From the NCBI GenBank assembly GCA_016871375.1, contig VFYY01000003.1, positions 1-57,018 on the forward strand: a DNA stretch of 57,018 nt, in the 5' to 3' direction. Source of the stretch: Acidimicrobiia bacterium. Its GTDB lineage: Bacteria; Acidobacteriota; Vicinamibacteria; Vicinamibacterales; UBA2999. Below, piece after piece: positions 28,997 to 38,170 of this stretch (positions within the stretch are counted from its first letter, which is position 1; every line of letters begins with the position of its first letter). The translations under genes were made by a program, and so were the position numbers. The notes under the pieces are model-generated. The model was not told the DNA's origin and did not search any database. It saw only the letters and a list, made by a program, of their open reading frames with translations.

Positions 28997-29806
28997 TTCC
29001 GAAAATTCCCTGGCGAGATCCACCCACTCGCCGTTCGGGGCCAGCTGCTGATACGCGCGCCAGTGGGCGCGCGCGTCGTGCGACTGGCCGTTCTTTTCCA
29101 GCGTCACCGCCAGATAGAAGTGCGCGTCCGCGTAGGCCGGGTTCAGGCGCAGCGCGTCGCGATAGCAGCCCTGGGCCTCGGTGTAGCGCCCCAGGTCGTG
29201 GAAGATGTTGCCGAGGTTGAAGTGCGCCTCGAAGACGTCGGCCTCGAGCGCGATGGCGCGCTCGTAGAGCGCCTGCGCCTCGGCGATCTCGTCGCGCGCG
29301 TAGTGGATGTTGGCGAGATTGATCAGCGCCGGCACGAGGTACGGATCGATCTCCAGCGCCCGGCGGTACGCGGCCAGCGCCTCCTCGAAATTCGCCGGAT
29401 CCCCGTCGTCCAGGATCGACGCCGCGAGGAAGTACTGCTCGGCCGACGAGTCTTCGGGCGGCGGCGCGGGATCCATCAGCGCCGCGAACGGGGGCGTCTC
29501 CCGGCGCTTGAGCTGCAGGACCTTGGCCGGCTGCGCCTCGAGGCGGAAGTCGAGGCTCAACTGCCCCGAGCGCGACGCCTTGAGCGTGCGCAGCACCGCG
29601 CGAATGGTGGCACCGCCCGCGAGCGCCTCGTCGGCCTGACGGATGACGGCGAGGTCGGCGAACGCGAAGCAGGTCTCGCCGGTGCGGCCATCGCCGGGAC
29701 GGATGAGTCCCCACTTCTGCATGTAGCGGAGATGATCGTCGCGAAGGTGCGCGTAGCGCTCGAGCACCTGGCGCTTCGGGATTGATGAAGGACCCGTGGA
29801 TGCCAC
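28994..29806 (-). CDS. MerR-like HTH / TPR-repeat fusion protein
   Basis: The N-terminus YAHLRDDHLRYMQKWGLIRPG...FAFADLAVIRQ is MerR-like. The C-terminal half carries 4-5 TPR units (AL.LNPAYADAHFYLAV etc.). Confidence 0.7.
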   Translation of the reverse strand: MASTGPSSIPKRQVLERYAHLRDDHLRYMQKWGLIRPGDGRTGETCFAFADLAVIRQADEALAGGATIRAVLRTLKASRSGQLSLDFRLEAQPAKVLQLKRRETPPFAALMDPAPPPEDSSAEQYFLAASILDDGDPANFEEALAAYRRALEIDPYLVPALINLANIHYARDEIAEAQALYERAIALEADVFEAHFNLGNIFHDLGRYTEAQGCYRDALRLNPAYADAHFYLAVTLEKNGQSHDARAHWRAYQQLAPNGEWVDLAREFSE

Positions 29807-29883
29807 GCGCCTTCACTATAATCCACCGGTGAGTTCGAACAGATGCGGGCTGTTCGAATCGCCTGGCCGCTGACCGCGATCTC

Positions 29884-29908
29884 GAGGCCGCTCCACCGGA
29901 GCGGCCTC
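29884..29908 (+). promoter_or_regulatory. perfect 11-bp-stem hairpin in the glk 5' region
   Basis: GAGGCCGCTCC-ACC-GGAGCGGCCTC lies 30 nt upstream of GTG 29938. A TATAAT box sits at 29817..29822 and TTCGAACAG/CTGTTCGAA half-sites at 29834..29858. Confidence 0.3.
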
Positions 29909-29937
29909 CCGCATTTCCACGAAGGGAATCACCAGCA

Positions 29938-30915
29938 GTGATCCTCGCAGGCGACGTCGGCGGCACGAAGACGCTGCTCGGGCTCTTCGACGCCGGCGAG
30001 CGTCGGCCGCGCGCGCGCACGATCCGCAGCTACCCCACCAACGCGTACGCGAGCTTCACGGAGATCCTGGACGCGTTCGCGCGCGACGAAGGACGTCCGT
30101 TCGCGGTGCACGCGGCCGCGGCGGGCGTGGCGGGGCCCGTCGTCGGCAATCGCGCGCGGCTGACCAACATCCCGTGGGACATCAGCGCCGAGGAGATCGC
30201 GGGCCGCTTCGGCATCACGCGCGTGCGGCTGCTGAACGATCTCGAGGCCATGGCGAACAGCGCCGACGTCCTCACCGGCGCTGAAGTGGCGGTGCTGCAG
30301 GAGGGCGTGATGCGCGAGGACGGCAACGCAGCCGTGATCGCCGCCGGCACCGGGCTCGGCGAAGCCTACCTGCACCGCGTGAACGGCCGCCTGCGCCCGG
30401 TGCCGTCGGAAGGCGGCCACGCCGATTTCGCGCCGCGGACCGACCGCGACATCGAGCTGCTGACGATGCTGCGCGGAGAATACGGCCGCGCCGAGGTCGA
30501 GCATGTGCTCAGCGGCCCGGGGCTGCTCAACCTGCACCGCTTCACGCACCTGGGACGGACGGCGGAGCCTGGCGTCACGCCGGCCATGGTGTCGCAGGCG
30601 GCGATGGCCGGCACGTGCCCCGCGTGCGTGGAGGCGCTGTCGATGTTCGTCACGCTCTACGGCGCCGAGGCAGGCAACCTCGCGCTGCGCGGGGTCGCCA
30701 CGTCAGGTCTCTACGTCGGCGGCGGGATTGCGGGGAAGATCCTCCCGGCGCTGACGGACGGCCGCTTCATGGAGGCGTTCCGCGACAAGGGTGTGATGTC
30801 GGAACTGGTGGCGAAGGTGCCCGTGAAGGTGATCCTGAACGAGGAGGCGGGGATCCTCGGCGCCGCGGTGCACGCGCAGGAGATGCTCGGCGAGGTCGTC
30901 GGTGGTAGGTGGTAG
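29938..30915 (+). CDS. glk: glucokinase
   Basis: ILAGDVGGTKT phosphate-1 motif and the ROK-less Glk family layout. The last codons GGRW and the TAG stop lie in the GGTGGTAG repeat. Confidence 0.9.
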   Translation: MILAGDVGGTKTLLGLFDAGERRPRARTIRSYPTNAYASFTEILDAFARDEGRPFAVHAAAAGVAGPVVGNRARLTNIPWDISAEEIAGRFGITRVRLLNDLEAMANSADVLTGAEVAVLQEGVMREDGNAAVIAAGTGLGEAYLHRVNGRLRPVPSEGGHADFAPRTDRDIELLTMLRGEYGRAEVEHVLSGPGLLNLHRFTHLGRTAEPGVTPAMVSQAAMAGTCPACVEALSMFVTLYGAEAGNLALRGVATSGLYVGGGIAGKILPALTDGRFMEAFRDKGVMSELVAKVPVKVILNEEAGILGAAVHAQEMLGEVVGGRW

Positions 30916-30930
30916 GTTGTAGCTCGTAGG
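30901..30930. repeat. (GGTGGTAG)-type octamer repeat, left inverted arm
   Basis: GGTGGTAGGTGGTAGGTTGTAGCTCGTAGG, the reverse complement of the arm at 31197..31231. Confidence 0.85.
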
Positions 30931-31196
30931 CGGAACACGCGAAGCTTGCGGCGCAACCCGGGGCGCGCGAGCGGCGTCGGCTGCCGTTCCACGGGTCGGT
31001 ACGTGCATCCACGTACCGCGCGGGTCGGGTCCTACGGCGATAACCGCTTCGCCGAAGTCTCGACCATCTTCTGGCGGGATTGGTGTCCCTCGGCGTCGCG
31101 GCCGCAGCGCGGTTAGAACGCGCGCTAGCTACAGCGTGAGCAGCTACGTCTTCGGAAGTAGGACTCGATAGGCCGTTCACGCGAGTAACCCCATAA

Positions 31197-31231
31197 CCAC
31201 CTACGACCTACCACCTACCACCTACCACCTA
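31197..31231. repeat. (CCTACCAC)-type octamer repeat, right inverted arm
   Basis: CCACCTACGACCTACCACCTACCACCTACCACCTA. It contains the stop (CTA = TAG on the minus strand) of the MBL-fold gene. Confidence 0.85.
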
Positions 31232-32071
31232 TTTCTGCTGCGCCTCCGCCTCGCGAACTCTCTCTGCGAATGACGTTTCGGCGGCCGCAACCATCGCCGT
31301 GAACGCTTCACCGTCCATGCAGGTGACGCATTGCCGATCGACCGGGAGCGCGGGGTTCAACGGGCGGCCGAGGCTCTGCCGGTGATTGTGAAGGAAGAGG
31401 TCTGGAGGCTCGAGTGCCTTCAGCCGTTGAAGGGTCATCCTGGTATCTTCGATAACCCTGGGGTGCCTGGGGTTGCCGATGAGCTGAACCCCCGCATTGG
31501 GAGTCTCACCACCGCGGAACGCAACCGAATAGTTCCTCCCTCCTTCGGAGACGGTGGTTCTCCACACGGTGGCCCCCTGCGTATGCCCCGGCACCCAGAG
31601 GGCGCGCAAGGTCACGCCGCCCAGCGAAATCGTATCCCCGTCCTTGATGACACGATCGACGTGGACCGCCACCATGCCCCGGAACCCGCCGGCGGAGTTG
31701 TCCTGCCCGGCTTCGAGCGCCGCGGCGTCGCCGCCGAGGGCAATGACCTGCGCTCCGGTCAGCTTCTTCATCGCCGCGTGTCCCTGGACGTGATCGAAGT
31801 GCGCATGGCTCGAGATGATCATCTTGACGTCCGTGATGTCGAACCCCAGCTTCCTGACGTTCGATACGATGACGTCGTGCATCTCGGCGGTGCCGGTGTC
31901 GTGGAGGATGTGGCCCTGCGGTGTCGTGATCAGATACGAGCCATACTCGCCGCCGACCCAATAGATGTTGCCGATGATGCGGAACCCTTCGGGCGGCGCC
32001 TGATTCTGAGCCTGAACGGGTGACGCCATCCCGATCGCCGCACCGAGCATCAACGCCCACATCTGACGCAT
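31229..32071 (-). CDS. secreted metallo-beta-lactamase-fold hydrolase (subclass B3-like)
   Basis: Signal peptide, SHAHFDHVQG zinc motif, and WVPGHTQG. 280 aa from the internal ATG of ORF 31229..33106. Confidence 0.8.
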   Translation of the reverse strand: MRQMWALMLGAAIGMASPVQAQNQAPPEGFRIIGNIYWVGGEYGSYLITTPQGHILHDTGTAEMHDVIVSNVRKLGFDITDVKMIISSHAHFDHVQGHAAMKKLTGAQVIALGGDAAALEAGQDNSAGGFRGMVAVHVDRVIKDGDTISLGGVTLRALWVPGHTQGATVWRTTVSEGGRNYSVAFRGGETPNAGVQLIGNPRHPRVIEDTRMTLQRLKALEPPDLFLHNHRQSLGRPLNPALPVDRQCVTCMDGEAFTAMVAAAETSFAERVREAEAQQK

Positions 32072-32090
32072 AGAAGCTCCTTCGACTCTG

Positions 32091-32206
32091 CTAGCGCGGT
32101 TTCGACTTCTTCGTAGTGTCCGGCTATAGCCGGACCACACACGGCGGTGCCGATCAACTTGGTCCGGCTGAAGCCGGACACTACGACGTTTCAGAAACCG
32201 CTCTAG
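32091..32206. repeat. MITE/REP-like element, copy D (complete, CTAG termini)
   Basis: CTAGCGCGGTTTCGACTTCTTCGTAGTGTCCGGCTATAGCCGGACC - ACACACGGCGGTGCCGATCAACTT - GGTCCGGCTGAAGCCGGACACTACGACGTTTCAGAAACCGCTCTAG. It lies between two same-strand genes. Confidence 0.9.
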
Positions 32207-33888
32207 TCGCTCATCTTCTGAAGCGCGCGCACGCCCGAGCGCATCGACACCAGCCACGTCACCACGCTCAGGATCATCGCCGCGCCGAAGAACACGATGA
32301 TGCGCACCTCGTCGAACGTGCGGATCGGCTGGCCGCGGAAGCGGCGCACGAGGTAGATCGACGTCGGCCAGCCGATCAGCACGATCGTGACGATGACGAA
32401 CAGGACCGCGAGGATCATGAAGGCCACGCCGCCGTAGGACCCCGCCGCCTGGTTCGGATCGGCCCCGAAGCGCGGGTACCGCGCGCCGAGCCCGGTCGCC
32501 AGCCCCACGAGCGCAAAGCTCATGAAGACGATCGCGCCGGCGGTGACGACCTTCAGGAACGGGTCGATGCCGAGCAGCTCGTTGGCGGCAATCGTCAGCA
32601 TCTCGGTGAGCAGCAGCACCGGACAGAGCCCCGTCCAGAACTTCGACCAGAGGAAGTCGCGCATCGAGATCGGCGACGTCCGGATCAGCCAGAACGCGCC
32701 GCCTTCCGCAGACACGGCCGGGAAGACGAAGCGCACCGCCACGGTGGCCATCACGAAGCCGGCCATGCCGAGGTTCACGAACGCGTAGACGTTGGTGACG
32801 AACTCCGTCATGTACGGGATGCGATCGAGGTCCAGCACGCGGAAGTTGTAGAGATACAGCAGCACCAGCGCGAGCAGCGGCAGCAGCTGCAGGATCTGGC
32901 TGATGTCGCGCAGGAAGATCTTCAGGTCCTTGAGCAGCAGCTGGCGGCGCACGGTGGACATCGGGGCCAGGTGCACGAGCCGATCGAGCAGCCGGAACTG
33001 CTTGAAGCGCGACTTCGGCGCCTCCTGGGAGCGGCTGTAGCCGGCGAAGTGCCAGCGCTCGCTCGCGGCGGCCACGACGAGGGTGGCGGCCAGCGCGGTG
33101 GTCCACAGGGCGCCGGCGTGCATCCAGTCGAGGCCACCCTGCAGGCCGGCGAAGAGCGACTCACCGGCCCAGAACGACGGCAGGAGCGGCGTGACCGGCG
33201 ACTGCAGCGTCGCGAAGAAGTCGGTCACGTCGGGCAGCGACTCGACGCGCAGGAGCTGCTCGGGACGGATGAAGCGGAGCACGAGCACGATCGCCGCGGC
33301 GAAGGCGAGCCCGGCCAGCATCATGATGTCGCGCGCGCGCCGCGCGGGCAGCACGTTGACCAGCACCAGCGTGGCCGCGGTCCCGAATGCGACCGGGATG
33401 GTCGAAAACGGAACGAGGGTGAGGACCGCCGTCACGTAATACAGCGGTGAGGCACAGCGCGCCGCGCCGATGCCGATGAGCACGGGCGTGAGGAACACCA
33501 CGACCATCCACGACGCCTGCCCCATCGTGCGCGCAAACCGCGCGTGAAAGAGCCGCCGCGGCGACACCGGCGCGGCCATCAGCACGCGGAGATCGTCGGC
33601 CAGGAAGAACGTCGAGAGCGACGTCACGACGCTGCTGAAGGCGAGGAAGGCGAGGAAGCTCAGGAACAGCCACGACAGGCCGAGCCGCAGCAGGTAGTCG
33701 CCGAACTCCGCGTACTCGATCAGCTCGCGCGTGAGCCAGTAGGAGCCGCCGAAGATCGCGCCGCAGACGCCGAGCGCAATGGCGCCGAAGACGACGGCGC
33801 GCGTGAGGTCGCCGCGCTCGCGCCGCTGCGCGCGGTTGCGCGAGGACCACAGGTGCGGCAGCAGCAGGTAGGGGAACGGCGTGGTCAT
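32203..33888 (-). CDS. ABC exporter permease-like polytopic membrane protein
   Basis: 561 aa with more than 10 hydrophobic segments. It starts 3 nt after the ABC ATPase stop. Its stop TAG lies in the terminus of copy D. Confidence 0.65.
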   Translation of the reverse strand: MTTPFPYLLLPHLWSSRNRAQRRERGDLTRAVVFGAIALGVCGAIFGGSYWLTRELIEYAEFGDYLLRLGLSWLFLSFLAFLAFSSVVTSLSTFFLADDLRVLMAAPVSPRRLFHARFARTMGQASWMVVVFLTPVLIGIGAARCASPLYYVTAVLTLVPFSTIPVAFGTAATLVLVNVLPARRARDIMMLAGLAFAAAIVLVLRFIRPEQLLRVESLPDVTDFFATLQSPVTPLLPSFWAGESLFAGLQGGLDWMHAGALWTTALAATLVVAAASERWHFAGYSRSQEAPKSRFKQFRLLDRLVHLAPMSTVRRQLLLKDLKIFLRDISQILQLLPLLALVLLYLYNFRVLDLDRIPYMTEFVTNVYAFVNLGMAGFVMATVAVRFVFPAVSAEGGAFWLIRTSPISMRDFLWSKFWTGLCPVLLLTEMLTIAANELLGIDPFLKVVTAGAIVFMSFALVGLATGLGARYPRFGADPNQAAGSYGGVAFMILAVLFVIVTIVLIGWPTSIYLVRRFRGQPIRTFDEVRIIVFFGAAMILSVVTWLVSMRSGVRALQKMSD

Positions 33889-33891
33889 CGG

Positions 33892-34644
33892 CTAGACGAC
33901 CTCGTCGATCTCCTGAAGCCCGCTGCCGCCGGTCAGCTTCAGGAACACCGGCGTGAGGTGCTCGTCTTCCCCGCCGGCCATCTTGCGCACATCGTCAACG
34001 GTCCCCTGCGCGATGATCTGCCCCCTGTTGATGATGCTGATGCGGTGGCACAGCTCCTGCGCCACTTCGAGCGTGTGCGTGCTCATCAGGATGCCGACGC
34101 CGTGGCCGGCCATGCGCCGGAACACGTCCTTGATCAGCCGGGCGCCGCGCGGATCCAGGCCGACCATCGGCTCGTCCACCGCCACGGCCGGCGGCCGGTG
34201 CAGGAACGCCGCGCTCATCACCAGGCGCTGCTTCATGCCGTGCGAGAAGCTCTCGACGAGCTCGTTCTCCCAGCGCCGCAGCTCGAAGAGGTCCAGCATC
34301 TCCTGCACGCGGCTCTGGATGCCGTCGCCGTCTATCCCGTACAACCCGCCGTGAAAGCGGAGGAACTCCCCCGCGGTCAGCTTCTCGTAGATGAAGGGGC
34401 GGTCGGGGATGAACCCGAGCGACGCCTTCGCCGCTTCGGCGTCCTTCACGAGGTCGTGCCCGTTCACCTCGATCCGCCCCGACGTCGGCTTCAGCAGCCC
34501 CGCAATCATCCGCAGCGTCGTCGTCTTGCCGGCGCCGTTCGGGCCGAGGAACCCGTGAATCTCGCCGGGCCTGACATCCAGGCTCACGCCGTCCACGGCG
34601 GTGAAGCTGCCGTACCGCTTGACGACGGTGTCGACGACGATCAT
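33892..34644 (-). CDS. ABC transporter ATP-binding protein
   Basis: Walker A GPNGAGKTT, signature-like FSHGMKQR, Walker B VDEPMVGLD. The ATG at 34644 overlaps the upstream stop (ATGA). Alternative starts lie at 34653 and 34659. Confidence 0.9.
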   Translation of the reverse strand: MIVVDTVVKRYGSFTAVDGVSLDVRPGEIHGFLGPNGAGKTTTLRMIAGLLKPTSGRIEVNGHDLVKDAEAAKASLGFIPDRPFIYEKLTAGEFLRFHGGLYGIDGDGIQSRVQEMLDLFELRRWENELVESFSHGMKQRLVMSAAFLHRPPAVAVDEPMVGLDPRGARLIKDVFRRMAGHGVGILMSTHTLEVAQELCHRISIINRGQIIAQGTVDDVRKMAGGEDEHLTPVFLKLTGGSGLQEIDEVV

Positions 34645-36262
34645 TGGTCGCATCGACATGGATCGTTGGTCCGGGCGACGTTGGGCGCGATGGGCGGCAG
34701 GCCGACCTGCTCGCGGCCGACGAGGATCGGCGTCGCGGCCGGATCCTGATCGAGCTCGAGAATCGCCATCTCCACCTGCCCGATGAGCGGGACGATGACG
34801 GCCTGCTTGTCGAGGCCGCCGCGCGCGAGGCGGACGTGGGTGGCGTCGGCCGGGAACTCGTTGAGCGTGGGATCGACCGGCAGCCACAGCCCGCGGCCGT
34901 TGCCCTCGTCGATGTACACCTCGGGCCACGCGTGGTAGTAGAAGGCGCCCTGCGCGCCAAGCACGTAGACGAGGCCGACGGCGATGCGCGCCGGAATGCC
35001 GAGCGAGCGCGCCATGGCCACGTACAACGCCGTGTGCTCGTTGCAGTCGCCCACCTTCGTACGCAGGACCTCACGGGCGGAGGGAAGGCTGACGGTCGGC
35101 TTCTTCTCGAGGAGCGCGTTCACGTAGCGCGTGAGGCGCTCGGCCCGCGCCCGCGTGCCCTGCACGCCCTGCACCGCGAGCCTCGCCTCGGCGACGATCT
35201 CGGGGGCGTCGCTTTCGATGAGCGGCTCCGCCGCCAGGAACTCCGCCGCCTCGGGGTCGGCCGGGCCGGCCGTCAGCGTGCGCGGATCGACGATCTCAAT
35301 GACGTTGTCCGAGGCGCGCTGCCCCGCGCCCTGCAGATCGGGGCTCGAGAACAGATACTCGGCGCCCTGGAGCTGCAGGCGGATGCGGCGCACCGCGCGC
35401 GGATCTTCGATGCGAACGCGCGTCTCGGGCACGACCGCGGAGGTCTGCAGCAGGTCGGCCTGAATGCGGCCGGGCACCGCGAGCCCCTGCGCGCGCTCGG
35501 GGTCCTCGCGGACGCTGAGCAGGCCAAGCGGGCTCTCCTCCCGGACGACCTCGCCCGTGTCGGTGATCCACGACGTCGTGCGGAGGCCGGACAACTCCAT
35601 GTCGACGCGGAACGCCGGCACGACCGCGTCGCCGACGCGGATGACCTGGCGGGCACCGACCTCGATGTCCATGGGCGCGTTGCGGAGCGTCGCCGGGTCC
35701 AGCACCATCCGCCGGAGCTTCGCGCCCGGCGTGAACCCGCCGCTTGCGAGCTGGCGCGAGAGATTGAGCGACAGCACCGGGGCGTCCTCGAGGTCACGCT
35801 CCTCCGTGCGCGTGCCCGTGGTCGATGTGATCGTGACCGTGAGGCGATGCGGCCCGGCGGCACCCTCCGCCGGACTCTGCACCGTGCCCGAGACCTGCAC
35901 GGCGCCGGTGCCTGGATCGAGCGAGAAGTCGAACGACCGCAGCCTGAAGAGCTCGTCCACGCGCGCGGTCGTTCGCAGCGCCGCCGCCGACGTCGATCCG
36001 AGCAGCGTCATCTGCAGCCGTCCGTCCTCCTGCAGCTCGAACCGACCTGGCTGACCGTGAACCCGAGCTTCTCGCCGCGGTAGTACACGCCGCGCCAGAC
36101 CGCCGACGACCCGTAGCGCGCCAGATCGGTGGCGAGATTGGCGGGAGAGGCCTGCAGGTACTCACGATTGACGAGCACCGCCATCGCCACGACCCAGGCC
36201 GCGAGGACGACGAGCGTAAACGGGCGCGTGAACGAGCGCGGTAGCGGTCTGAACAGCTTCAT
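34641..36262 (-). pseudogene. transglutaminase-like cysteine protease-fold membrane protein, reading frame broken near 36040..36050
   Basis: The TGase core GDCNEHTALYVAMARSLGIPAR ... HAWPEVY lies in ORF 34641..36011. The N-terminal TM part (MKLFRPLPRSFTRPFTLVVLAAWVVAMAV...GEKLGFTVSQ) lies in ORF 36008..36331. The downstream frame already reads GRFELQEDGRLQ before its first ATG, so a 1-nt indel separates the two. This is either a true frameshift or a sequencing error. Confidence 0.65.
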
Positions 36263-36435
36263 TGGTCTCCCGAGGGCCTCACAATCTTCGCATGCGGGTT
36301 TTCGATCGAGCGGCTGCTCCGCCGACCACACTTACAGTGTTGTACTTGCGCGCACACATCTGAACTCGCCGGACGCCACAAGTCGCTGATTATCAATGAT
36401 TTATGTGGGTACGCCGCTTGCCCTGACGTGCGAGC

Positions 36436-37221
36436 ATGACACACCAGACCACCAGATTCCTGACTATCGCCGCTGCGTTCGTGGCCGCCGTTGGCTCCGC
36501 CGCCTGCAGCGGCTCCGCACTCGAGACCTCGCCGCTTGCGCCGTCGGCGGTTCCTTCTGCCACTCTGAGCGCTGAAAGCGGCGCTGAGGATGCGGCGACC
36601 TTCGGCGCACTCGGCGGCGACAAGGGGAAGGACAAGGGCCGCGACGGCAAGGGCAAGGACGGCACCACCACGACGACCCCAACGGCCGGAGGAACGATCG
36701 TCGAGGCCGAGGGCGTCGTTGCGACCGCCACCGGCACGTGCCCGGCGAAGACGTTCACGATCGGCACGCATGCCATCACGACCAGCGCAACGACGAAGTA
36801 CGAGGAAGGCGTCTGCGCCGACCTGGTGGCGCTCGCCGAGATCAAGGTCCGCGCGGAGCGGCAGACGGACAACACGCTCGTCGCCACGAAGGTGGAATTC
36901 AAGGACACCGACGACGGCGAGGACGACGACATGGACGATGACGACGGGGACGACGAGGACCGTCGCGGCAATCCGCATCACGGCGCCGGCCCGCACAGCG
37001 GCACGGTGTCGAGCTTCCGCGGCGCGTGCCCGAACGTGACGTTCAACCTGAAGGGGCTGCGGATCTCGACGACGGCGGACACGACCTACGAGGGCGGGAC
37101 GTGCGAGACGCTGCGTCCCAACGTGAAGGTGACGGTCACGGGCGCGGCGGGGACGGGCGCGCGGACGTTCGTCGCGGCGCGGATCACCATCGACCGGACG
37201 CCGAACGTCAGGACACGCTGA
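36436..37221 (+). CDS. lipoprotein with two DUF5666-like beta domains and a poly-acidic linker
   Basis: Lipobox VGSAAC. The internal repeat G(T/A)CP..TF.(I/L)...I.T...T.YE.G.C..L occurs twice. Linker DTDDGEDDDMDDDDGDDED. Confidence 0.7.
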   Translation: MTHQTTRFLTIAAAFVAAVGSAACSGSALETSPLAPSAVPSATLSAESGAEDAATFGALGGDKGKDKGRDGKGKDGTTTTTPTAGGTIVEAEGVVATATGTCPAKTFTIGTHAITTSATTKYEEGVCADLVALAEIKVRAERQTDNTLVATKVEFKDTDDGEDDDMDDDDGDDEDRRGNPHHGAGPHSGTVSSFRGACPNVTFNLKGLRISTTADTTYEGGTCETLRPNVKVTVTGAAGTGARTFVAARITIDRTPNVRTR

Positions 37222-38170
37222 AGCGCGTCAGCGCGAAGCGTGCGTCGGGATCGATCCACTGCTCGCCGCGGCTGAACCCCGCGGCGAGCCCTTCCTCGAG
37301 CACCTGCGCGGGCTCGTACTTGTGCGAGCTCTCCGTCCAGATCCAGTCGCCGGACTCGAACGCGACGTCGAGGCCGCCCGCCGCGATGTGCACCTGCTGC
37401 CGCCGCCGGCTGACCAGGTGCATCTCGACGCGCCGTTCCGCGGCGTTCCAGGCGGCGCGGTGCGCGAAGCCGTCGAGGTCGAAGCTGCCGCCGAGCTCGT
37501 CGTTGATGCGCCGCAGCAGGTTGCGGTTGAACGCGGCGGTCACCTGCAGCGGGTCGTCGTAGGCGAGCAGCAGCTCGCGTTCCGGCTTCACCAGGTCGCT
37601 GCCGAGCAGCAGCGCGTCGCCCTCACGCAGCGCGCCGCGAAAGCGCGCCAGCAGCGCGCGCGCGACGGGCGGATCGAAGTTGCCGATGTTCGAGCCGAGG
37701 AAGAGCACCAGGAGCGACGCCTTGCCCGGGCGCTGCCGGACCGCGTGCTCCAGGCCGTCCTCGTAGGTGGCGCGATGCGCCAGCACGGACGTCAGCCCCA
37801 TGGCGCGCAGGCGGTGCTCCGCCATCTCGAGCGCGGCGGCCGAGATATCGATCAGCTGGACGAGCGGGAAGCGCTCGGCGGCAGAGGACAGCAGCGTCGC
37901 AAGCTTGTCGCCGCTGCCGCACCCGAGCTCGGCGATCGTCACCGGCCGCGCCAACGGCGCGAGGATCTGCCGCGCGTGCCGCGCGAGCAGGGCCGACTCG
38001 GCGCGCGTGATGCGGTACCACGGCAGGCGGCAGATGGCCTCGAAGATCGCCGACCCCAGCTCGTCGTAGAAGTACTTCGACGGCAGCTGGCGCGGCGTCC
38101 GCTGGAGGTACTCGCAGACCTCGGTGGCGAACGGATCAGGACTCCACGCAGCGGAACGTGGCGTAGACAT
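37208..38170 (-). CDS. egtD: L-histidine N-alpha-methyltransferase (ergothioneine pathway)
   Basis: KYFYDELGSAIFEAI, ELGCGSGDK, FLGSNIGNF, and AYDDPLQVTAAFNRNLL closely follow the EgtD pattern. Start is the ATG at codon 29 of ORF 37208..38254. Confidence 0.85.
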   Translation of the reverse strand: MSTPRSAAWSPDPFATEVCEYLQRTPRQLPSKYFYDELGSAIFEAICRLPWYRITRAESALLARHARQILAPLARPVTIAELGCGSGDKLATLLSSAAERFPLVQLIDISAAALEMAEHRLRAMGLTSVLAHRATYEDGLEHAVRQRPGKASLLVLFLGSNIGNFDPPVARALLARFRGALREGDALLLGSDLVKPERELLLAYDDPLQVTAAFNRNLLRRINDELGGSFDLDGFAHRAAWNAAERRVEMHLVSRRRQQVHIAAGGLDVAFESGDWIWTESSHKYEPAQVLEEGLAAGFSRGEQWIDPDARFALTRFSVS

